Assembly (NCBI GenBank): GCA_963841625.1
Contig: CAWJDH010000007.1
Coordinates: 104,834 to 168,833 of the forward strand
DNA from: an uncultured Actinomycetota bacterium
GTDB lineage: Bacteria > Actinomycetota > Actinomycetes > Propionibacteriales > Nocardioidaceae
DNA: 64,000 bases
Reading direction: 5' to 3'
In this document: in pieces, positions 32,323 through 40,230 of the stretch
How the letters are laid out: each line of letters begins with the position of its first letter
How positions within the stretch are numbered: position 1 is the stretch's first letter
Made by a program: the position numbers and the translations under genes
Notes under the pieces: model-generated
Databases searched by the model: none
Told to the model about the DNA's origin: nothing
The model's input: only the letters and a program-made list of their open reading frames with translations

Positions 32323-33400
32323 CGTCGTCGCCCCGGCCGGGGGCGACGCCGTACGACGCTGGAGGACCGGCGGGACCGGAGTCGTCATCGACCTGCTGCT
32401 GGCCGTCTTCTGCGTCTCGATGATCGTCGCCATGGTGGTCCTGCCCGGTGAGGAGACGATCCCGTACCACCTCATGTTCCTGGCCGTCACGCTGGTCTAC
32501 GGCTTCCGGGTGTGGCCGATGCCTCCGACGGCGGTCGTCATCGGTGCCATCACGATCGTCACCGGGGTGATCTTCTACGTGCACTTCCGCGACGGAAGGA
32601 TCGATGCTCCGGAGCTCTCCGAGGTGCCATTGATGCCCCTGCTGCTGCTGGCGATGGTCTGGCACGCGCGTCGGCGGGCGGAGGCCCAGCGGCAGGTGGA
32701 GGAGATGGCCGAGGAGCGTCAGCGTTGCCTGCAGCGCGAACGGGAGTTCCTGCGCGACACCTCGCACGCGATCCGGACGCCGGTGACGATTGCGCGGGGC
32801 CACGTCGAGCTGATCCAGGGCACCCTGGCTGATCCGCTGGCCTACGACGACAGCGACGTGGTGCTGCGCCAGCTGGACCGGATGGACGCACTGTCGACCC
32901 GGCTCCTGGCGCTGGCCCGGCTGGACTCCGGAGGGGTTCTCGATCGCGGGGATCTCGACCTCGACCGCTTCGTCGAGCAGATCGGCGCCAACTGGACCGG
33001 GACAGCCGAGCGCGAATGGGTCGTCGACCGGGCGGACTCCGACCGGACGGGACCCGTACGGGTGGGCGCAGACCGCGAGTGGCTCGAGCTGGCCGTCGAC
33101 GCGCTGGTCGAGAACGCCGTCCACTTCACCGATCCCGGGGACCGGGTCGAGGTGTCCTGCCGACGCGACGGCCGGGTCGGCACGATCATCGTGGCCGACG
33201 CCGGAGCCGGCATCGCGCCAGAGGACCTGCCCCACGTCTTCGAACGCTTCTGGCACCGCCGTCCCCCGGACGGCATGCCCGGCAGTGGCCTTGGCCTGGC
33301 GATGGCCTCGGCAGCGGCCCACGCCATGGGCGGCAGTCTCGTCGTCCGCAGCATCCTGGGCCAGGGCGCCCGCTTCGAGCTTTCCCTGCCCCTCGCCTGA
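32294..33400 (+). CDS. Sensor histidine kinase with a membrane-only input domain
   Basis: About 4 N-terminal TM helices; H-box SHAIRTP, N-box ENAVHF, G1 DAGAGI, F-box VFERF, G2 GSGLGL. Confidence 0.9.
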   Translation: MLATESRPSDVVAPAGGDAVRRWRTGGTGVVIDLLLAVFCVSMIVAMVVLPGEETIPYHLMFLAVTLVYGFRVWPMPPTAVVIGAITIVTGVIFYVHFRDGRIDAPELSEVPLMPLLLLAMVWHARRRAEAQRQVEEMAEERQRCLQREREFLRDTSHAIRTPVTIARGHVELIQGTLADPLAYDDSDVVLRQLDRMDALSTRLLALARLDSGGVLDRGDLDLDRFVEQIGANWTGTAEREWVVDRADSDRTGPVRVGADREWLELAVDALVENAVHFTDPGDRVEVSCRRDGRVGTIIVADAGAGIAPEDLPHVFERFWHRRPPDGMPGSGLGLAMASAAAHAMGGSLVVRSILGQGARFELSLPLA

Positions 33401-33589
33401 CGGCTCGCGCGCCCGGCCACCACCGGGGCGTCGAAGTCCCCGCTGGCGCCGCCGGAGACTGGGCCGAGACACGCCTCCATGACGTGCTCGTCATACGACT
33501 GCACCCCGTCGGCATCCCCTCCATCGTGATCGGAACAAGGGAACTGCCGACGGGGCGGCTCCCGCCAGGAATCCCGCGGGGGGGATCTG

Positions 33590-34800
33590 ATGAAAGCCTT
33601 GAGGTTCAATCAATTTCTGCTGGTGGTGGTCACCGCTGCAGTCGCGCTGGTCCTGGGAACGGTATGGGGGGGCCAGACCAGTGTGGGCACGCGCGGCCTG
33701 TCGGGGGGAGCGACATGCCGGTCACCGGCCGGCTCACCTGCTCGGCGGCGAAGCTGAAGGCGGCGGCGGTGACGCCGGGCAAGGTCCGCAACTACTTCAT
33801 CGCCGCGGACGAGGTGCTGTGGGACTACGCACCGTCCGGACAGCAACCAGGTCACCGGCCAGCCGTTCACCGACGACGAGAACGTCTTCGTGCAGAACGG
33901 CCCGACCCGCGTCGGTGACACCTACCGCAAGGCGCTGTACCGCGGCTACACCGACGCCACGTTCCGGACCCGCATCCCCTCCGACCCCAACCTGGGCATG
34001 CTCGGGCCGGTGATCCGGGCCGAGGTCGGCGACACGATCAAGGTGGTCTTCAAGAACAACACCTCGATCCCGGCGTCGATGCACCCGCACGGCGTCTTCT
34101 ACACCAAGAGCTCGGAGGGCGCGCCGTACAGCCGACGGCACCAACGGAGCGGCGAAGGCCGACGACGCCGTGCCGCCCGGAGGGACCGTCACCTACACCT
34201 GGGAGGTCCCCGAGCGAGCCGGACCCGGGCCGATGGACGGGAGCTCGGTGCTGTGGATGTACCACTCGCACACCGACGAGATCGCCGACACCAACGCCGG
34301 CCTGGTCGGCCCGATGGTGATCACCCGGAAGGGCTCGGCCAAGCCCGACGGCAGCCCGCTCGACGTGGACCGCGAGGTGTTCTCGTACTTCTCGGTGGTC
34401 AACGAGAACGAGAGCCAGTTCCTCGACCAGAACCTCGCCGAGATCGCCCAGGCTCCCCACGAGGTGGCCCCGGACGACGAGGAAGCCTTCGAGGAGAGCA
34501 ACCTGATGCACGCCATCAACGGCTACGTCTACGGCAACGGCCCGATGACCGTCCTCCGCAAGGGTGAGCGCGTCCGGTGGTACCTGTTCTCGCTGGGTAC
34601 CGAGGTCGACCTGCACACTCCCCACTGGCACGGCAACGTCGCCACGGTGATGGGAATGCGGACCGACATGGCCGAGCTCCTGCCGGGCAGCATGATGATC
34701 GCCGACATGCAGCCCGACGACGTCGGGGACCTGGCTGTACCACTGCCACGTCAACGACCACATCGCCGCGGGAATGATCACCAGGTACAAGGTTCAGTAG
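33590..34800 (+). CDS. Secreted two-domain ceruloplasmin-like multicopper oxidase (about 4 frameshifts as assembled)
   Basis: Signal peptide MKALRFNQFLLVVVTAAVALVLG; joined frames give YFIAADEVLWDYAPSG, YRKALYRGYTD, LGPVIRAEVGD, MHPHG, WMYHSH, LHTPHWHG, WLYHCHVNDHIAAGM; TAG at 34798-34800. Confidence 0.88.
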
Positions 34801-34821
34801 CGCGCGCGGCAGGGCGCGAGT

Positions 34822-34861
34822 ACACGTCCGGACACCTTGACGGTCGGGTGTCCGGACGTGT
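34822..34861 (+). terminator. Hairpin after the multicopper oxidase
   Basis: 15-bp perfect IR ACACGTCCGGACACC / GGTGTCCGGACGTGT. Confidence 0.65.
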
Positions 34862-34890
34862 GCGCTCGGTCACCGGTCTAGGCTGCCGTC

Positions 34891-36165
34891 ATGTCGTCCG
34901 TCGGGGACACGGTCCCGCCGCCGTCCCTCGTCGTCCGCACCGTTCGCCTCGGTCCCGACGCCTCGGCCAACCTCCTCGACCTGCTTCCCGACGAGCGCCC
35001 GGTGTCCTGGCTCCGCCGGGGTGAGGGCCTCGTCGGCTGGGGGGCAGCAGCGGAGATCCGCACCACCGGCGCCACCCGGTTCGCCGACGCCGACAAGTGG
35101 TGGGCCGAGGTGGCCGACGCCGCCGTCGTCCGGGACGAGGTCAGCGAGCCGGGCACCGGCCTGGTCGCGTTCGGCTCGTTCGCCTTCGCCGACGAGCCCG
35201 GCGACTCCGTCCTGGTCGCCCCCGAGGTGGTGGTCGGCCGCCGCGGCGACACCACCTGGCTCACCACGATCTCCCACCGCGAGCCCGAGGGGCCGGCTGC
35301 GGAGACGTTGAGCGTCCGGGTCGACGAGGTGGTCCCCCCGGTCGACGTCCGCTTCGGCGACGGCGCCCTCAACGGTGAGCAGTGGATGTCGGTGATCGGC
35401 GACGCCGTACGCCGGATCAGCTCCGGGGCGCTCGAGAAGGTCGTACTTGCCCGCGACCTGGTGGCGACCGCGGACGCGCCCATCGACGTGCGCTGGCCGC
35501 TGCGGCGCCTGGCCGAGGACTACCCGATGTGCTGGACCTTCCACGTGGACGGGATCTTCGGCGCCACCCCCGAGATGCTGGTCCGCCGCGAGCGCGGACT
35601 GGTCACCTCGCGGGTGCTGGCCGGGACCATCCGCCGCACCGGCCACGACGAGCGCGACCTCGCGCTGGCCGCCGCCCTCGCCCGGTCGTCGAAGGACCTC
35701 GAGGAGCACGAGTACGCCGTTCGCTCGGTGGCTGACGCGCTCGACCCGCACTGCTCGTCGATGAACGTCCCCGAGGCGCCCTTCGTGCTGCACCTGCCCA
35801 ACGTCATGCACCTGGCCACCGACGTCGCCGGTGTCGTCCACGACGCCGCCACCGTGTCCTCGCTGCGGCTCGCGGAGTCGCTCCACCCCTCGGCGGCCGT
35901 CGGCGGGACCCCCACTCCGGCCGCGACCGCGCTCATCGACGAGATCGAGGGCATGGACCGCGGCCGGTACGCCGGCCCGGTCGGCTGGATCGACGCGGCC
36001 GGTGACGGCGAGTGGGGGCTCGCCCTGCGCTCGGCGCACCTCTCCGGATCCACGGTGCGGCTCTACGCCGGCTGCGGGATCGTGGCCGACTCCGACCCGG
36101 AGGCGGAACTGGCCGAGGCCCAGGCGAAGTTCGTGCCGGTGCGCGACGCCCTCGCCAGCAGCTGA
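34891..36165 (+). CDS. menF: Isochorismate synthase
   Basis: EKVVLARD, GATPEMLV, LAGT, KDLEEH, LHPSAAVGGTP, RGRYAGPVGW, YAGCGIVADSDP; men cluster context. Confidence 0.9.
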   Translation: MSSVGDTVPPPSLVVRTVRLGPDASANLLDLLPDERPVSWLRRGEGLVGWGAAAEIRTTGATRFADADKWWAEVADAAVVRDEVSEPGTGLVAFGSFAFADEPGDSVLVAPEVVVGRRGDTTWLTTISHREPEGPAAETLSVRVDEVVPPVDVRFGDGALNGEQWMSVIGDAVRRISSGALEKVVLARDLVATADAPIDVRWPLRRLAEDYPMCWTFHVDGIFGATPEMLVRRERGLVTSRVLAGTIRRTGHDERDLALAAALARSSKDLEEHEYAVRSVADALDPHCSSMNVPEAPFVLHLPNVMHLATDVAGVVHDAATVSSLRLAESLHPSAAVGGTPTPAATALIDEIEGMDRGRYAGPVGWIDAAGDGEWGLALRSAHLSGSTVRLYAGCGIVADSDPEAELAEAQAKFVPVRDALASS

Positions 36166-36179
36166 GGGGACCCGCACTC

Positions 36180-36310
36180 CGAGCGGTGAGCTGGGACTGG
36201 TTTAGGTCGTCCGAACCGGTCCTCACTCACCGCTGGGCGGCATTGGTGCGATCGAGCGGTGGGTCAGGACTCGAACTGGGTCGACCGAGTCAGTCCCAGC
36301 TCACCGCTCG
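36180..36310. repeat. REP/MITE-like element with 20-bp terminal inverted repeats
   Basis: CGAGCGGTGAGCTGGGACTG (36180-36199) / CAGTCCCAGCTCACCGCTCG (36291-36310); internal degenerate copies CTCACCGCT and CGAGCGGTGGG. Confidence 0.8.
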
Positions 36311-36374
36311 CGACGCGTCCTCATCGGGCCGACGCTCGCAGGTCATCTCACGGAGCGGGCTCAGCCTTGTCGGC

Positions 36375-36405
36375 CATGCCTATTGACTGATATTCAATAG
36401 GCATG
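36375..36405. promoter_or_regulatory. Palindromic operator overlapping the monooxygenase start codon
   Basis: Perfect 12-bp IR CATGCCTATTGA-N7-TCAATAGGCATG; AT-rich island in GC-rich DNA. Confidence 0.7.
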
Positions 36406-37878
36406 ACGCACCAGGCAGTGATCGTCGGCGCCGGTTTCGGCGGGATGGGCGCGGCGATCCAGCTCAAGCGGCTCGGGATCGACGACTTCGTCATCCTCGA
36501 GCGCGAGGACGACCTCGGCGGGACCTGGCACGTCAACCGCTACCCCGGCCTGGCCGTCGACATCGCCAGCGTGACCTACTCCTACTCCTTCGAGCCGAAC
36601 CCGTGGTGGCGGCACTGGTACGCGCGCGGCCCCGAGCTGAAGAAGTACGCCGCCCACGTCGCCGACAAGTACGACCTGCGCCGCCACATGCGCTTCGACA
36701 CGGTCGTCGACGGTGCGCGGTGGGACGAGGCGGCCCAGGTGTGGGAGGTCTCGGTGGCCGGCGGCGAGCCGGTCCGGGCGTCGTACCTCATCACCGCGAC
36801 CGGCTTCCTCTCCCAGCCGCGGGTGCCCGACATCGAGGGGGTCGAGGACTTCGCCGGCACCGTCGTGCACACGGCGAAGTGGGACGACTCCGCCGACCTC
36901 GACGGCAGGCGGGTGGCGGTCATCGGCACCGGCGCCACGTCGGTCCAGCTGGTGCCGGAGCTCGCGAAACGCGCCGCCCACCTCACGGTCTTCCAGCGCA
37001 CCCCGATCTTCGTGACCCCCAAGCTGGACTTCGAGATCCCCGGGGCCGTACGCCGCCTCTTCGCCCGGATGCCGGCCACCCAGCGCCTGGCCCGGCAGGG
37101 TCAACACCGCACTGCTCGAGGCGCTGATGGTCTTCGCCGTCCTGCGCTACCGGCGGATGAGCTTCCTCAACCGCGGCGCCGCGCTCGCCGCCCGGCGCCA
37201 CCTGCGCAAGCAGGTCCCGGACCCGGAGCTGCGGCGGAAGCTGACCCCGGACTACTCCTTCGGCTGCAAGCGGCCGACGTTCTCCAACGACTACTACCCG
37301 ACCTTCACCCGCCCCACGTCACGCTCGAGACCACGCCCATCGAGCGGATCACCCCGACCGGGATCGTGACCGCCGACGGGCGCGAGACCGAGATCGACGC
37401 GCTGGTGCTGGCGACCGGCTACGACATGTGGCAGCAGAACTTCCCGGCGATCCCGGTCATCGGACGGGACGGCAAGGACCTCGGCCGGTGGTGGCGGGAG
37501 ACCCGGTTCCAGGCCTACGAGGGGATCGCCGCCCCCGGCTTCCCCAACTTCCTGTCGCTGGCGTCGCCGTACTCCTACTCCGGGCTGTCCTACTTCACGA
37601 CGATCGAGGGCCAGATGAAGCACATGGGCCGGCTCCTCGGCGAGGTACGCCGCCGCGGCGCGACCACCTTCGAGGTGCGCGAGCCCGCGAACGAGGAGTT
37701 CCTCGGCCGGGTCACCGAGCTGCTCGAGGACTCGGTGTTCAACCTCGGCTCCTGCGCGACCGCCCGCAGCTACTACTTCAACCAGCACGGCGAGCCGGCG
37801 CTGCTGCGCCCGACCTCGACCATCAGCGCCCACCGGGAGGCCGAAGCCTTCCCGCTCGAGGACTACGCCTACGCCTGA
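36403..37878 (+). CDS. Flavin-containing (Baeyer-Villiger-type) monooxygenase; two compensating frameshifts near 37098 and 37312
   Basis: GAGFGG, GGTWHVNRYPG, FAGTVVHTAKW, GTGATS, ATGY; the conserved middle part (LTPDYSFGCKRPTFSNDYY) is in the alternative frame 37127-37369. Confidence 0.9.
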   Translation: MTHQAVIVGAGFGGMGAAIQLKRLGIDDFVILEREDDLGGTWHVNRYPGLAVDIASVTYSYSFEPNPWWRHWYARGPELKKYAAHVADKYDLRRHMRFDTVVDGARWDEAAQVWEVSVAGGEPVRASYLITATGFLSQPRVPDIEGVEDFAGTVVHTAKWDDSADLDGRRVAVIGTGATSVQLVPELAKRAAHLTVFQRTPIFVTPKLDFEIPGAVRRLFARMPATQRLARQGQHRTARGADGLRRPALPADELPQPRRRARRPAPPAQAGPGPGAAAEADPGLLLRLQAADVLQRLLPDLHPPHVTLETTPIERITPTGIVTADGRETEIDALVLATGYDMWQQNFPAIPVIGRDGKDLGRWWRETRFQAYEGIAAPGFPNFLSLASPYSYSGLSYFTTIEGQMKHMGRLLGEVRRRGATTFEVREPANEEFLGRVTELLEDSVFNLGSCATARSYYFNQHGEPALLRPTSTISAHREAEAFPLEDYAYA

Positions 37879-38045
37879 GACGGGCGTCCGATTGTCGGAA
37901 ATGGACGATCGGACATAGTCCGATAGTCATTTGCCATCAACTTTGCAAAAACACCGGCGTCTGACTGGACCAGACCCCTACGGTCATGCCCACGTGCCAC
38001 CGAGATCCGGTGGCTTGGCATAGCCCGATCTTGGGGGAGAAACAC

Positions 38046-39388
38046 ATGCGAATCCCGACACTTGCCGTGACGACGGTGGCCGCCGCCGCCCTCGTCGCGC
38101 TGCCCACCGCCGCGAACGCGGCAGCCCCGGTCGCCGTCGACCGACACCGGCCGCAGGCGCACGTCCGAGACGGCCGAAGGCCATCAACGTGCTCACCAAC
38201 GACACCAGCGGACGCCGGGCAACAGCAGCAAGTCCCTGACCGTGACGCGGCAAGACCAACCGCCGCGCACGGCACCGTCTCCTGCCAGACCGCCGGCGCC
38301 TGCACCTACACGCCGGACGCCGGCTGGCGCCGGCACCGACACCTTCACCTACACCGTCTCCGACGGCACCGAGCCCTCCGCACCGGCACGGTCACCGTCA
38401 CGGTCGTTCAACGTCGACGCGGTCGTCGAACCTCGTGACCGACCCGGTCACGCAAGGCGACTCCCGCGTGACGTACCCGGACGCGGTCGACATCGCGACC
38501 GTCGTCAAGGACCCCGGCGGCGTCACCGGTGCCGAGGGCGTCAGCGTGCGAGCCTCTGGGCCCAAGCCGTTTGGCGGCCGACGGCGCGAGTCACGCCCAG
38601 ATCGTCTCCGGCACCACCGGCGTCGGCGGCAAGGTCGCCAAGCAGGTCGTGCGGCCCCGAGACCCGAGACCTCCTACCAGTGGCGGACCGCGGGCGGCAA
38701 GACGTCCTACGACCGGACGGTCCGTCGCCGTGACCCCGTGCGCTGACCGCGAACCGCCACCGACCAAGAAGCGCCTCTCGGTCGGGCGAGTCGATCACCG
38801 TCACCGGGATCGCGGCACCGGTCACCGAGGGAGACTCGGTCGCGCTCCGGAGAAGCTCAACTCGACCGGGACCTGGGCGACGGTGCCAGGACGACAGCGT
38901 TCGGCAGCCGAGCTCGACCGCGGACCGAGGGCGCGGCGTTCGCCGTTCACCGTCGCCGTGCCACGACGCCAGCGGCGCGATCATCTACCGCGTGGTCGCG
39001 TTCCTGCCGCCGGCGGCCGCAGCTGGAGCCGTCGAGCACGACAGGTCACCGTCAACGCGTACAAGGCCGACATCACCAAGGTCGTGCCCGGCACCAACGT
39101 CGGCCGACGAGTTCGTGACCGTCAAGAACACCGGCAAGGTCGCGCTTGAACCTCAAGGACTGGAGTCCTGTCCGGACGGCACTCAACAACCTGACGCTCC
39201 CGAAGCCGCATCGTCGCCGCCGGCGACGTTCGCTCCGGATCCACACGGGCTCGGGCAGCAACGGCACGAAGGACCTCTACCTGAGGCAGGCAGCCAACGG
39301 TTCTGGGACAACGACGAGCGGCATCGTGACCCTGAAGGACGAACGCGCTCCACGATCGAGGACCTACGCCTACCCGGTTGCGCCGTAG
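38046..39388 (+). CDS. Secreted protein with an Ig/cadherin-like (Big_9) domain and a C-terminal lamin-tail-like domain; heavily frameshifted
   Basis: Signal peptide MRIPTLAVTTVAAAALVALPTAANA; fragments APVAVD, INVLTND, HGTVSC..CTYTPDAGW, GTDTFTYTVSDG, EFVTVKNTG, LRIHTGSGSNG, FWDND spread over several frames. Confidence 0.7.
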
Positions 39389-39418
39389 TCGTCGCACCAA
39401 CTGAAACACCGCACCAAC

Positions 39419-39471
39419 CGCCTGGCCGGCGGCGCCTCGAGGTCTCGGGACTCGGCGCCGCCGGCCAGGCG
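39419..39471. terminator. Bidirectional hairpin between convergent genes
   Basis: CGCCTGGCCGGCGGCGCC / GGCGCCGCCGGCCAGGCG perfect IR. Confidence 0.7.
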
Positions 39472-39480
39472 CATTTGCGC

Positions 39481-40116
39481 CTACAGCTCGGCGCCGTCGG
39501 CCAGCCGCACGTACTCCTGGCCGGCGTCGGGCAGGAACGCGTTCATGTGCCCGTCGACGATGCCCAGCCCGGCCTCGGAGTAGATCCGGTCGTGGATCGC
39601 GAGGTTGCGCGGCGCCTTCACGGCCCGCGCGAAGTCGATCGCCTCTGACGCCTTGAGCCACGGTGCGGAGACGGGGACGCAGAGGAGGTCGACCTCCTCG
39701 TCGGGCCCGGTCAGCGCGTCGCCGGGGTGGTAGACCTTCTCGTCGCCGGCCGTGAGGACGTAGCCGGAGTTGAAGAAGCGCGGGAACTCCGGGTGGATCA
39801 CGGCGTGCAGCTCGCCGACGGCGCGGACCGGCAGCCCGGCGTCGAACTCCTGACCGGGCCGGACCACCGTCACCCGCTCGGCCACCTCGGGTGCGTCCTC
39901 GCGGATCTTCGCGGCCACCGCGTCGATCGTGAAGACCGGGGCGTCGGTCGCCCGGAGGTTGTCGGGGAGGTAGTGGTCGGCGTGCTCGTGGGTGATCAGC
40001 ACGGCGTCGGCGCCGTCGAGGGCGCCGACCTCGGTGAAGACTCCCGGGTCGATGACGACAGCGGCACCGTCGTACTCCACCCGGACGCAGGCATGGCCGA
40101 ACTTCAGGATCCGCAT
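39481..40116 (-). CDS. MBL-fold metallo-hydrolase
   Basis: FGHACVR, IDPG, THEHADH, YHPGD, IHD. Confidence 0.9.
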   Translation of the reverse strand: MRILKFGHACVRVEYDGAAVVIDPGVFTEVGALDGADAVLITHEHADHYLPDNLRATDAPVFTIDAVAAKIREDAPEVAERVTVVRPGQEFDAGLPVRAVGELHAVIHPEFPRFFNSGYVLTAGDEKVYHPGDALTGPDEEVDLLCVPVSAPWLKASEAIDFARAVKAPRNLAIHDRIYSEAGLGIVDGHMNAFLPDAGQEYVRLADGAEL

Positions 40117-40230
40117 GCCGCCGACCCTAGTCCGGCCAGGTAACGCTGCATTGTGGTGGCTTCCTGACCGATACACCGGTCAGGAAGCTGCCCGAACGTG
40201 GCGTTACCCGGGAGAGAGCGGAACCCAGGG

